In this document: piece after piece, positions 11,737-24,634 of the stretch
Layout: each line of letters starts with the position of its first letter
Numbering within the stretch: the stretch's first letter is position 1
Origin: Octopus sinensis
Taxonomy: Eukaryota
DNA length: 64,000 bases
Assembly: GCF_006345805.1 (NCBI RefSeq)
Contig: NC_043001.1
Coordinates: 133,424,001-133,488,000 of the forward strand
Direction: 5' to 3'
Made by a program: the position numbers and the translations under genes
Notes under the pieces: model-generated
The model's database searches: none
The model's input: only the letters and a program-made list of their open reading frames with translations
Told to the model about the DNA's origin: nothing

Positions 11737-12243
11737 TAGAAAACCAGATATTTTGCCGAAAATATTGACCATAAATGCTGAAGTAGAAAGGTCTTTTGCT
11801 GTGTGTGGCTGTTTTGAACATGAAAGTATCTTCGTTTCTTCAGTGCAAGATATGTTCTTGCATTGGCCTTTCAGTACACTAATTTATTTGGTCAGTGCAC
11901 TCATTCCTTTAGTCATTGTACCCATTTCTTTGGCCATTACCCTTATACCAGTTATATGCACCGAATTTCTAATCAGGTTTACAAGTGACATGTTCAGTTT
12001 TCAAGCATACCACAGTTACCACGAAATGATTGACGTCATTAGCTGTAGCGGAATGTAACGTTGTTTGTAGATGAAGTTTGAATAATGGGATTGTTAGGGA
12101 AGTACCAAACCCATAATAGAATCGTATCAGGATTAATGAATCTGTATCAGGATTCTTCTCTGTTAAAGTTCTTTACATTGGCCCAAGACACTGAGTGAAA
12201 TGCTGTAACAACATAATTTGTCTCCGTATTTGACATATATATA

Positions 12244-12626
12244 TGGAGGCGCAATGGCCCAGTGGTTAGGGCAGCGGACTCGCGATCGTAGGATCGCGGT
12301 TTCGATTCCCAGACCGGGCGTTGTGAGTGTTTATTGAGCGAAAACACCTGAAGTTCCACGAGGCTCCGGCAGGGGATGGTGGTGATCCCTGCTGTACTCT
12401 TTCACCACAACTTTCTCTCACTCTTACTTCCTGTTTCTGTTGTGCCTGTATTTCAAAGGGCCGGCCTTGTTACTCTCTGTGTCACGCTGAATATCCCCGA
12501 GAACTACGTTAAGGGTACACGTGTCTGTGGAGCGCTCAGCCACTTACACGTTAATTTCACGAGCAGGCTGTTCCGTTGATCGGATCAACCGGAACCCTCG
12601 TCGTCGTAACCGACGGAGTGCTTCCA
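12244..12626 (+). mobile_element. SINE family A
   Basis: Full-length match to the other copies. Confidence 0.92.
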
Positions 12627-12834
12627 TCCCATATATACATTATACATATATGCATGTATAAGTATATATATATATACATATCATACATATATACATATGC
12701 ATCTAAATATGTATGTATGTATATATACTTTTTCTTTACCCATTCTCTTCCGGTAATTCAAAATGTGACCGCGTGTGTAGCGTTGGTGATTTTTTTCCTC
12801 CGTCTTCCCTTCTTTGGGTCTTTCCTTTTCCTAT

Positions 12835-12869
12835 GTTTCTGACGAAGAGCTCCGCTCGAAACGTTAAAC
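12835..12869 (+). ncRNA. Minimal type-I hammerhead ribozyme motif inside a Penelope-type terminal sequence (about 12740-12960)
   Basis: GUUU-CUGACGA-A-GAGC(UCC)GCUC-GAAAC-GUU-AAAC: intact core, stem I GUUU/AAAC, 4-bp stem II, palindromic loopless stem III. Confidence 0.7.
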
Positions 12870-12994
12870 CCTCCTTTCCTACCTTCCTGAGCGTCCAATA
12901 ATACAATATTTGTTCCACGTCCTCGCGTTGTTGTTTTCTCTTTGTGTTTTCATGTTTGGATTGACAACTCAACTCCAGTCTGAAGTAGAAAGGT

Positions 12995-13669
12995 CTGCTG
13001 TGAGTCAATGGGCAGACAGAAACAAAATGCAACTGAACGAGGGAAAATTTGAGCTGATGCATTTTGGAAGAAATTCCTCACTAAAGCAGCCATACTCTCT
13101 TCCTTCAGGGGAACCGCTCACACAGCCTCTAACAACATCAGAGACCTAGGTGTAATTGTTGATGACGATCTCAGTGGAGTGCACACATCAACAAGAAGGT
13201 CGATATAGCTCGTAGGATGAGTTCCTGGATCTTAAGAACTTTCCGGTCCAGAGAACAGGTGACATCATACCACTCTTCTCCTCCTTTGTACGGCCACACC
13301 TCGAATACTGCTGCCCACTGTGGTCTCCCCATACAAGACAAAACATCTCGAGGATTGAATCACCCCAGAGAGCACTCACAAACGAATTGAAGGCATGGCT
13401 GCTCTCGATTATTGGGATCGCCTTAAAGCCTTGAAACTCTACTCTCTCCAGCGTCGCCGTGAGCGGTACATCATTTGTACGATGTGGAGAATATATACCG
13501 CCAACTTGCCCAAACGACCTGACATAAGCCTCAAGGTTCATCCAAGACTGGGACCACGGGCCATATGTCCCCTGCCCAATTCAAGATCACTCATACATAT
13601 ACACTACAACATAATTTCTTTTCCTCAAACAGGCCCTGCCCTATTTAACATTGTCCCGAAAGAGATCAA

Positions 13670-13670
<1 letters not shown>
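12995..13670 (+). mobile_element. CR1-like LINE, 5'-truncated 3' RT fragment with frameshifts
   Basis: QWADRNKMQLNEGKFELMHFG, RDLGVIVD, RPHLEYCCPLWSP, YWDRLKALKLYSLQRRRERY. Confidence 0.85.
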
Positions 13671-13757
<87 letters not shown>

Positions 13758-13785
13758 GTTATATATATATATATGTATATATGTA

Positions 13786-13816
<31 letters not shown>

Positions 13817-13873
13817 ATATATTATATAATTATTATATATGTATATATTATATATTATATATGTATATATGTG

Positions 13874-13906
<33 letters not shown>

Positions 13907-13947
13907 AATATATATAATATGTATATATATATATATATATTATACTG

Positions 13948-14023
<76 letters not shown>

Positions 14024-14217
14024 CAGATACCCATCATCTATCATACTTAATGTATACACACCGTTGAAAGGTCAGTTACGGCAGTATTCGTCTTACTGCA
14101 GTCATCAGATAACATTTCCTCTGGGATTGGTTTCTTAGAAATGATATATATCATTAGGAGACGAAAAATCGCCTTAGCCGACCTCAGTAATGTGCACTAG
14201 CAGCCAATGCCTGGAAA

Positions 14218-14248
<31 letters not shown>

Positions 14249-14309
14249 ATGAAGCGTATGAAGTGTATATACATACATTCATATATGAATACACACAATA
14301 CATACACAT

Positions 14310-14418
<109 letters not shown>

Positions 14419-14548
14419 GCACAAAGCCAGACAGACAGTTTTCGTCATCTGAATTTCATTTAAAAGGCATTGGTCGAGACTTGCTTAAGGTGCCACACAG
14501 TGGCCACGCACCTGGAAACATCGGACATTTTAATCTTACAGTCACAGA

Positions 14549-14873
14549 CCCAGACCGGGCGTTGTGAGTGTTTATTGAGCGAAAACACCTAAAAAGCTCC
14601 ACGAGGCTCTGGCAGGGGATGGTGGTGATCCCTGCTGTACTCTTTCACCACAACTTTCTCTCACTCTTATTTCCTGTTTCTGTTGTACCTGTATTTCAAG
14701 GGGCCGGCCTTGTCACTCTCTGTGTCACGCTGAATATCCCCGAGAACTTCGTTAAGGGTACACGTGTCTGTGGAGTGTTCAGCCACTTACACGTTAATTT
14801 CACGAGCAGGCTGTTCCGTTGATCGGATCAACCGGAACCCTCGTCGTCGTAACCGACGGAGTGCTTCCATCCA
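14549..14873 (+). mobile_element. SINE family A, 5'-truncated
   Basis: 10-bp TSD cagtcacaga and tcca tail (TPRT signature). Confidence 0.92.
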
Positions 14874-15218
14874 CAGTCACAGAATTTACATGCAAAAAAT
14901 TGAAGAGTGAGTTTTCTGTATTAAGTTTGTCCCTATCTTTCCTCCATATATTCTTCCTCTGGCAGAAACGTTAATCGGGGTCGATTAAATAAGTACCAGT
15001 TGCGCACTGGGGTCGATGTAATCGACTTAATCCGTTCGTCTATCCTTGTTTTTCCTCTCTGTGTTTAGCCCCGAGTGTGTAGTAAAGAAATAGGTATTTC
15101 GCCTGTGTTTACAATTTGAGTTCAAATTTCATTTCGGATCTATTCAACTTGACGTAGATATTATTTAATTAATTTTTTTTTAACTTAAACACTTTGAAAC
15201 TTCCGATACTTATGGGAA

Positions 15219-15600
15219 TGGAAGCACTCCGTCGGTTACGACGACGAGGGTTCCGGTTGATCCGATCAACGGAACAGCCTGCTCGTGAAATTAACGTGTA
15301 AGTGGCTGAGCACTCCACAGACACGTGTACCCTTAACGTAGTTCTCGGGGATATTCAGCGTGACACAGAGAGTGACAAGGCCGGCCCTTTGAAATACAGG
15401 TACAACAGAAACAGGAAGTAAGAGTGAGAGAAAGTTGTGGTGAAAGAGTACAGCAGGGATCACCACCATCCCTGCCGGAGCCACGTGGAGCTTTAGGTGT
15501 TTTCGCTCAATAAACACTCACAAAGCCTGGTCTGGGAATCGAAACCGCGATCCTACGACCGCGAGTCCGCTGCCCTAACCACTGGGCCATTGTGCCTCCA
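15219..15600 (-). mobile_element. SINE family A
   Basis: TSD tccgatacttat. Confidence 0.92.
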
Positions 15601-16105
15601 CTCCGATACTTATACAATGTGTCACATATAACAATGTTTACTCTGTCACTCCAATTCACGGAACTCGCACTTTCTGACAGCCATCTCCGGCTCAATAGCG
15701 GTAGGCAGGGATATGCTGCGGCAACCTAGAACGTCGTAAGTTTCCACTACCACAGGCTCGACTATAAACCCGTCGTCTTCCTTCTTGTTTCCCTGAGCGA
15801 TATAAGCTTAATTACTTTAAATCATGTGTTGACTGTTTTGGTGTTTTTAAGGAAGCTTTTCGTTGGATTTTTTTTTCTTTTGTAGCTCCTAAAACAGTAT
15901 TTTCTTAAGACTTGTTTTATTACCTCCACGTGAGAAGCGTAAAGAAATTACTCCAACCAAACTGATCTAAGTCTAGAATGTGTTATTTAACAATGGATGA
16001 AATTAGCACAAGCATGACTAATATTTGGGTGGCTCATTACGCCAACAATAAATATACGCAATGGTTATATTTCACTTCTTTAACTATTATTATTATTATT
16101 ATTAT

Positions 16106-16590
16106 TACTTTTTTTCTTCTTTCAAATTTGCTTCCATTTCTTGCCGAGTGTCTTCCCGACTCCTAGGGCAAAGAAACTCATAGTATACATTGGTAGGCCA
16201 TTAAACTAAACTCAATAGTTCGTTCATTTTTTTTTTTAAGTTAAATTAAAATACATGGGTAGTAATAGTTCTCACATCGACAATGCTCTTCTCAATACGT
16301 GTGATGTACCAGTTAAGACAATCTTTTGCACTTCTTGCAGGAATGGTAAGCCAGGGATCATTCTCATATAATTTTCGGTTCCCTTCTTGATCATTCCTAG
16401 TGCTCCTACGATCACTGGTATTGTAACCGCCTTGAGATGCCACATTTTCTCAATTTCAATGAGGTCTTTATATTTTCTGAGCTTGTCAAACTCTTTCGCT
16501 AAGATATTATGATCACAGGGGATGCTCATGTCGATCAATAAGCAAACTTTATTGTTTTGGTCTTTCTTCTTCTTCTCCTTCTTCTTCTTA
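16106..16590 (-). mobile_element. R4/Dong-like LINE 3' remnant (RLE domain plus 3' UTR), third family
   Basis: CLLIDMSIPCD...KLRKYKDL...IPVIVGALGMIKK...GTSHVLRRALSM; (att)n on both flanks. Confidence 0.85.
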
Positions 16591-16614
16591 TTATTATTAT
16601 TAGTCAACTTGTAA

Positions 16615-16830
16615 TGGCAACGAGCTAGCAGAATCGTTAACATGCCTGACAGTGCTTAGCACTATTTCTTCCGGCTTTGCGTTCGGAGTTCAAATTTCCC
16701 CGAGGCCGATTTTGCCTTTCATCCTTGTGGGGTCGATAAAATTAAAGTTGAGCACTGGGGATAGATATAGTCGCCTTGGCCCTCCCCTTAAAATTGTTGG
16801 CCTTGTGCCAAAATTTTAAATCATTATTTA
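16615..16830 (+). mobile_element. SINE family B, diverged
   Basis: gagctagcagaatcgttaac head, ttttgcctttcatcc core, ggccttgtgcc tail. Confidence 0.7.
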
Positions 16831-16993
16831 TCAGTTACTTAATCATTTAACCAATTGATTTTTGATTAATCGTTCGGTCAGTCAATCAGATGTTCGCAAA
16901 AGTTCTTTCATCAGTATTCATTACCTCATCAATGTCATGCCCTCTCTGCACCAGTTCTGCTTAACAAAATATTCGTGTTGTATTGATTTAATG

Positions 16994-17380
16994 TGGTGGC
17001 GCAATGGCCCAGTGGTTAGGGCAGGGGACTCGCGGTCGTAGGATCGCGGTTTCGATTCCCAGACCGGACGTTGTGAGTGTTTATTGAGCGAAAACACCTA
17101 AAGCTCCTCGAGGCCCCGGCAGGGAATGGTGGTGATCCCTGCTGTACTCTTTCACCACAACTTTCTCTCACTCTTACTTCCTGTTTCTGTTGTACCTGTA
17201 TTTCAAAGGGCCGGCCTTGTCACTCTCTGTGTCACGCTGAATATCCCCGAGAACTACGTTAAGGGTACACGTGTCTGTGGACTGCTCAGCCACTTACACG
17301 TTAATTTCACGAGCAGGCTGTTCCGTTGATCGGATCAACCGGAACCCTCGTCGTCGTAACCGATGGAGTGCTTCCATCCA
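16994..17380 (+). mobile_element. SINE family A
   Basis: TSD ttgatttaat. Confidence 0.92.
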
Positions 17381-17589
17381 TTGATTTAATAGTTATTTAA
17401 AACTACTTTTTACCTTTCTTCCATAGAAAGCCAAATTTCATAATGCAGCCTTTATAATGTTCAAACATTAAGATGAAAGCCAATGGCGCGTTTTCTTAAG
17501 AAATGCATTACTGCGTTTTGGTTCCGCTGAATGAAAATTGGCTAAAAATATCACGCTTGACTTCATGGCTTGATCCGTGCAGAACGTGG

Positions 17590-17974
17590 TGGAAGCACTC
17601 CGTCGGTTACGACGATGAGGGTTCCGGTTGATCCGAATCAACGGAACAGCCTGCTCGTGAAATTAACGTGTAAGTGGCTGAGCACTCCACAGACACGTGT
17701 ACCCTTAACGTAGTTCTCGGGGATATTCAGCGTGACACAGTGAGTGACAAGGCCGGCCCCTTGAAATACAGGTACAACAGAAACAGGAAGTAAGAGTGAG
17801 AGAAAGTTGTGGTGAAAGAGTACAGCAGGGATCACCACCATCCCCTGCCGGAGCCTCGTGGAGCTTTTAGGTGTTTTCGCTCAATAAACACTCACAACGC
17901 CCGGTCTGGGAATCGAAACCGCGATCCTACGACCGCGAGTCCGCTGCCCTAACCACTGGGCCATTGCGCCTCCA
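17590..17974 (-). mobile_element. SINE family A
   Basis: Full-length match. Confidence 0.92.
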
Positions 17975-18130
17975 CCATATGTATGCATATTTTGCATGTG
18001 TATGTGTGTGTTTGTACTCACACGCATTTGTTTGTATAAATGTATGTTTACATGTGCAAATTTGTTTGCGTGCATATGTGTGAGCATTTGTTTGTAGCCG
18101 TTTTAAGTGTCATAGTCAGAGTAGTGTTAA

Positions 18131-18437
18131 GGCGCGTGGATTAGTGGTTAGGGCGTTCGGCTCACGATTGTAAGGTCGTGAGTTCAATTCCCGGCGACGC
18201 GTAGTGTCCTTGAGCAAGACATTTTATATCACGTTGCCCCAGTCTACTCAGCTGGCAAAAATGAGTAGTACTTGTATTTCAAAGGACTAGCTTTGTCACA
18301 CTGAATCTCCCTGAGAACTACGTTAAGGGTATACGTGTCTGTGGAATGCTCAGCCACTTGCACGTTGATTTCACAAGCAGACTGTCCCGTTGATCGGATC
18401 AACTGGAACCCTCATCGTCGTAACCGACGGAGTGCCA
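18131..18437 (+). mobile_element. SINE family A2: tRNA head, CORE-like middle, 3' half shared with family A
   Basis: gtgtccttgagcaagaca...ctcagctggcaaaaatgagt middle; ends gacggagtgcca; TSD tcagagtag. Confidence 0.8.
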
Positions 18438-18478
18438 ATCAGAGTAGAAAGGATAATGTCTATGACGGCGATAATGTT

Positions 18479-18890
18479 AAGGTGGCGAGCTGGCAGAAAC
18501 GTTAGCTCGCCGGGCGAAATGCTTAACAGTATTTCGTCTGCCGTTACGTTCTGAGTTCAAATTCCGCCGAGGTCGACTTTGCCTTTCATCCTTTCGGGGT
18601 CGATTAAATAAGTACCAATTACGCACTGAGGTCGATATAATCGACTTAATACCTATGTCTGTCTTTGTTTGTCCGCTCTGTGTTTAGCCCCTTGTGGGTA
18701 GTAAAGAAATAGGTATTTCGTCTGCCGCTACGCTCTGAGTTCAAATTCCGCCGAGGTTGACTTTACCTTTCATCCTTTCGGGGTCGATTGAATAAGTACC
18801 AGTTACGCACTGGGGTCGATATAATCGACTTAATCCGTTTGTCTGTCCTTGTTTATCCCCTCTGTGTGTAGCCCCTTGTGGGCAGTAAAG
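18479..18890 (+). mobile_element. SINE family B dimer
   Basis: Head plus two body units; flanking duplication agaaaggataatgtc.atgac. Confidence 0.85.
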
Positions 18891-20092
18891 GATGAAGAAA
18901 GGATAATGTCCATGACCCTTGCAGGGGCTCCGAGATTGGTTCGCGGAAGGTATCCTTAGACTGGAGGGCTGGTCCTAATGCTTACAATAGAGTGGACTCC
19001 GTTATAGTACCCAGGGCCAACTTGTGATGGTAAACTGGGTGACGGATTAAGTGTGTTTATGTATGAGTGTACGTGTGCGCGCGCTTGCGTGAGTGTTTGC
19101 GTGTGCATTGGTAGACTAAAAATACTTAATGCCAATTATGCATATTATATTTGGTTTTTATTTTCTAAGAAAAAAAATACATTATTAATATACGTAAGAC
19201 TCTAAAATGTTAAAAATAGTATTAATTGCGACAATCAAAATATGAGTTAGTAATCGATAAGAATTAATTAAATGTTACTGTTTTCTTTAAATTTTGCTGT
19301 TTGTTTTATTCTGGTCCTTATATATAACGATTATATGATTCTTAATTTGAAAATTACACATAAGCTAACAAAGATTCAAAGCTATTCATTGTGATACTGC
19401 CAGCAAATTCCAACAGGATCTGAGATAATTTCGTAACAGTTCTTGTCCATAACACGGCTCATTTCATTAACTGGAATCTTTGGTGCTAAGTAAGAATGAA
19501 AAAGAAGTTATTGGTTAACAGATTATTGTTAATTAAAATAAAAGTAATATTCATATTAAAACATGTACAAGGTTCAAATTCCATATATTTTATTAGAAAC
19601 AATGGTCGGGATGGTTGGCTGGCTGGATAGATATGCTTATCTATATCTATAAGTCTCATGTTTGTCCAGAAACCAAATCTTCTTGGGAGCCCTACAAGAA
19701 GCTTGCACTATGCTAGAATACCTTACAGGGTCCGATTGGTTTATAATCCTAAAATATTCAAGTTTTATGTTCTATAAATTGGACTGATAATTTTTATAAT
19801 GTTTGAGTGTATTTCAGATCTGATAAAAATTAGCTGCCCGATTTATAAAACATAATACCATATTGTTTTAGAGGCATAAATTAATTTAAGAATAAGAATA
19901 ATTTCTTTTCTATATTCTGGTATATTTGGAACTATGTACTGACTTTTCGAAAATATAATTTTTTTTATTAAGGAATTTTAATATCGACAACTTTCAAACA
20001 TGCACTATCTGTGTAATTTGTTTAAAATATGATTGTTTCCCAGTATTGTTACAGATTTTGTAGACCACTTTAAGGAAACATAACTTAATATA

Positions 20093-20928
20093 CACTGGCC
20101 AAAATAAGTTTTAAAGTGATGACGATAGTTCTATTCCTTCATTAATTTATTTTTAACAAAACTATATAAAATTATTGTTGTATTTAGGAATGGTCATTTT
20201 GCCAGTTTAGCCAATAAAAACACACGCACTATATATTTGGTGTTACTTTGCTTCAGTGTTATTTATTTTTTACATTAATCTTAATCTTATTTCGGCCAGA
20301 GTTCTTTCGTCACACTCCTGTGACCGCATCAGTGGTCCTTTGTTTTCTTCTTACTTATTTGTGTCTCTCTTTACTAACTGTCAGCCATTTTGTATTATTT
20401 TACTTTTTACAATATATGTAGAATTTTTTCTCTTTCGAATGATATAGGCGTTATATATCCTTCTTCAATTTTAATAATTTTAATGAGCAATTAATAGAAA
20501 TGATTAAAAATTGTCGGCAAAATAAGTTGAAGACCGTACCAACATTATTTTGTTTAAATTGGAAATTTACGGCACAAATGATCAACAAACAAAAAATTAT
20601 TATTAGTATCTGGTTCCATAGCCATTATTTTCAATTACGGCCTAAAAACGGTGGGACATGGAAGTTCGACAAATGAGCACAAAAATCACTTGGAATGTTC
20701 TGCCATATTTTTTATACTCTTTTATACTCTTTTACTTGTTTCAGTCATTTGACTGCGGCCATACTGGAGCACCGCCTTTAGTCGAGCAAATCGACCCCGG
20801 GACTTATTCTTTGTAAGCCCAGTACTTATTCCATCGGTCTCTTTTGCCGAACCGCTAAGTGACGGGGACGTAAACACACCAGCATCAGTTGTCAAGCAAT
20901 GCTAGGGGGAACAAACACAGGCACACAA

Positions 20929-21018
<90 letters not shown>

Positions 21019-22433
21019 GACAGGCTTCTTTCAGTTTCCGTCTACCAAATCCACTCACAAGGCATTGGTCGGCCCGAGGCTTTAGCAGAAGACACTTGCC
21101 CAAGATGCCACGCAGTGGAACTGAACCCGGAACCATGTGGTTGGTAAGCAAGCTACTTACCACACAGCCACTCCTGCGCCTATATTTCTTCAATAAAATT
21201 ATATAATTGGGACCAATTTGTTGGTTTTTTTAGCATGAACTATTTCAGAAACATAATTCCATAAATTTCTGTCGGATTCAAATCCGGGTTCTGCAAAGGC
21301 CACTCAATTGCCACCATATTATTGCGCTCAAAGTATTGCAAAACTTTCCTGGCCTTATGAACGGAGCGACTGTCCTGATGGAAAATAGATCCCGGTGGCC
21401 TCTGATTATTTGAATATGGCAGCATATTTTCATTTACTAATTGCAGATAACCTACACTGTTCAGTCGGCCATCAGCCTTAACAACTGGACCAGCACCTAA
21501 GCTGTTAAACGCGGTCCACACCATTACCCCGCCACCACCTACCGCTTGCGCCGTTTTTTTTTTTACACACTTAGGATAGAATTCTTCAGTTGGACGACGT
21601 CTAACATAAGTCATTCCGTCTGATCCAAAGATGCAGAAGCAGGATTCGTCGCTCCAAAGAACTTTTGATCAGTCTTTGGCCCTCCATTCAATGTGGCTTT
21701 TAGTTTGCTTGATCTGCTTCCGCTGGTTCGTCTCAGAAATTATCGGCTTCTTTGGAGCGATCCGGCCGAACAGTCCAAATTCTTTTAGGCGGTTTCCGAC
21801 AGTTTGTGGTGTAAATCTGCTGTCAGTTTCATCAGATAATTGCTTGTAAATGTCCACTGCTGTTAGCATTCGGTTACATTCAGAGAGCCTATGAATTCGC
21901 CGATCCATCTGTACTGTTGCTTTTCTCGGAGCGCCCGTTCTTTGCCGATCTTTGTATTGGCCAGTGGCTTGGTAAAGCTTCCATGCTTGAACACAAGCCG
22001 TTTTGAAACATCCTAATTACTTCTTAATGTTCATGAATGACACATTTTGCTTATGAAGCAACACGATCTTTGATTTAGTAACTGGGCTGATACTACGACA
22101 CTTTCACATAGCGAATTAATGTGTAACAATGCTTGATTATTAAACAAAACAGTGCAGTACGACCAGCCATATGATCACCCATTTGGGTTATTAATTTGCA
22201 TAATCTTGGAACGGTCTTAAACTTTTTTTGCGGACAAGTTCTAATCATTTCAATTAATTGTGCATTAAAATTATTCGAATTGTAGAAAGATATATAACGC
22301 CTATATCATTCGAAAGAGAAAAAAATTCGACATAAACTGTAAAAAGTAAAATAATTTTAAACAGATTTGTTTAAAATATATTAATGAAGGAATAGAACTG
22401 TCATAATCGGTCTTAAACTTATTTTGGCCAGTG
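20093..22433 (-). mobile_element. Tc1-like DNA transposon relic with long IR/DR-type TIRs
   Basis: TA|cactggccaaaataagttt ... aaacttattttggccagtg|TA. Transposase fragments TVGNRLKEFGLFGRIAPKKP, GGGVMVWTAF, FHQD and WPLQNPDLNPTE lie at about 21240-22110. Confidence 0.9.
20712..21180 (-). mobile_element. SINE family C inserted in the Tc1 relic
   Basis: Full head gcaggagtggctgtgtggtaag and internal microsatellite. Confidence 0.9.
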
Positions 22434-22699
22434 TATATAAATTTAAATGTGACACAAGGAAAGAATGAACGATTTTCTATCTTCCGTGATATTTGAAACT
22501 ATACACTCGCCTTTTGAATATGATTTTTAGGTTAGGAATTTTAGTAACTAATTTTAGTAACCTCTGCCAAATATAACAAAGATCTGATCGTCATTAAAAT
22601 TACTGTGATCTTAAGACATGTGGTTCCAGTACGAATTGTAGCTACAACTTTCAACCAAAATATTCTTTGGGTAACCTGCTAGGACGTTCATTAACTGGA

Positions 22700-23990
22700 A
22701 GAGTATATCCACAAAAGATATATTGCTTTTGGCTTCAGATAATAAAAATAATAACGTATACAAGAATCAAACAGCTGGTGACATTTAACTCGCGAGGGAA
22801 AGTTTTCAGGTGTAACAGACAAAACTTAATGATCAACCAAATTTTCACAAAAGTCCATTTTCTAAACAGATTGCTATTACTCTGGCCTCACCGGGAATTG
22901 CTGCAACTTTGCTCGCAAGTGGTAAGATTGCTCATTCTTATTTTAAACTCTCACTCAACCTTATATACAATAATAGCACCGTGTGCAATATTAGCAAAAA
23001 TCTGGACAAGCAAAGGCTCTGAAGCAGCTCAAGCTGAAAGATGTGAGTGCACAATCTCTCAAAGACTTGCATTTGAAGTTCTCAATCGCATCTTATAATA
23101 TCTCAGAAGTAACATTACACCAAGGGTAGAGGCACAGACTTGCTTTCTGGTGATTTCAGGCAAACTCTGCCAGTCATTCCAAAGAGTATCCCTGCTGATG
23201 AGTGGAGAGCATGCCTCAAAGAATTCTACAGAGACGAGAGATAAAACTTTCTCTTTTGACCAATATGAGAATTGCACCTAAAGAAATGTTTCAGTAACCC
23301 ATTTAATACTGAGAGAAAGGATGTCAAAGTGCAAAAAAGTTTGGGGCAATTTTCAACATATGTTAAGTTTATCCTAGACTCTCACAGAATTATAGAATCC
23401 AGCCTGAAACCCCAAAATGACACTGTGCATGATAGTAATGCCACTATAATTCAACGGGTACCAGTCCAATCCTGATGGCACATGTCAATTCGCACTGACA
23501 TGTATTATCAGGATTGACGATATTGCCAAATATATCACAAAGTTTCTTAATTCTCTTCAGTACACTGCTGTCCCTCTTTACAGACCGAAGCAAATTAGAA
23601 GCACCCGTTTTGTCGCCATGAAATTTGAATATACCGAAACTCTGTAACGGTACAAGACTAGCTATTGAATTTTTCATTCTCCATATGATCAAAGCCACTA
23701 TTATGACTGGTTGTTGAGCTAAGGGAGAAGATATTTTCATTCCACGTATTTCCTCGTCCCATCAAATATATTGTTTCAGTTTAAACGCCTTCAATTTCCA
23801 ATGTCAATGCCTATTTCTATGGCCACCAACAAATCTCAGGGACACCCCTCAGGGTTGCTGAAGTTAAATTGTCAAGTCTATGTTTAATCTCATAGTCAGC
23901 TCCTTGTTGCAAGCTTATGTGTTGGGCCAAGCGGACATCTTTTCATCGGAGTGACAACCCGAAGATAAAACACATTGTCTATCGCCGAGC
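22700..23990 (+). mobile_element. Degenerate Helitron PIF1-type helicase remnant
   Basis: Broken-frame motifs TGIAATLL, GDFRQTLPVIP, NGTRL, GEDIFIPRI, FKRLQFP, TNKSQG. Confidence 0.7.
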
Positions 23991-24128
23991 TTTTGCTGAA
24001 TAAAGCACATTTTAAATCCGGATTGAAGATTCGGCTTGCCTGCAGGTTTGCCGCATGTTGTAAGGCAGTCGTCGAGCAAATATTATGGGATTTTTGGTTT
24101 TTGATTTTTTTTTTAAGACTTAAAAATC

Positions 24129-24198
24129 TTAGAGAACCAAATATACGCCTTTAGAGAACCAAATATACGCCTTTAGAGAACCAAATATACGCCTTTAA
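24129..24198. repeat. 22-bp tandem repeat x3 (ttagagaaccaaatatacgcct)
   Basis: Direct inspection. Confidence 0.9.
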
Positions 24199-24603
24199 TG
24201 CTCTCTTCGAGAGCATTATCAAAGTGAAGTGAACTTGAGTAATCGAGTATCGAAACAGCGTTGGCTTGGATGTTAACTTCTGATCTACACCACTCGATTT
24301 TACTAAACAGCAGCAGCTGGGGATAAAAACCGAAACTATTATATTTTGTAAAACCACGATTTACATAAAATTCTGTGCATAAAATTATTTTGCTTTTGGC
24401 TGTGAGAATATTTACAAATCTGTTTACATTCTGTTAAAATACGAACGACTCTGTTATCTCTCACTTTCTGCAGTTTCGCATAGATGTTTAAAATATCCGG
24501 TTGCTGAACAAGGCTGGGGGTATATAGTTAGTATTATAATAATAAACAGTCATGGGTATTTGGTGTCAGATATTATAAGACAGGGAGAACAGGGCAAAAC
24601 GGG

Positions 24604-24634
<31 letters not shown>

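Noticed and set aside
11753-12058. AEVERSF resembling the hAT dimerisation motif
   Set aside because: Only 7 residues, with no other transposase motif or TIR.
19380-19750. Candidate terminal exons of the chitinase-like gene (acceptors near 19487 and 19749)
   Set aside because: No phase-consistent reading gives a chitin-binding CBM14 Cys pattern or any other recognisable domain; needs RNA-seq.
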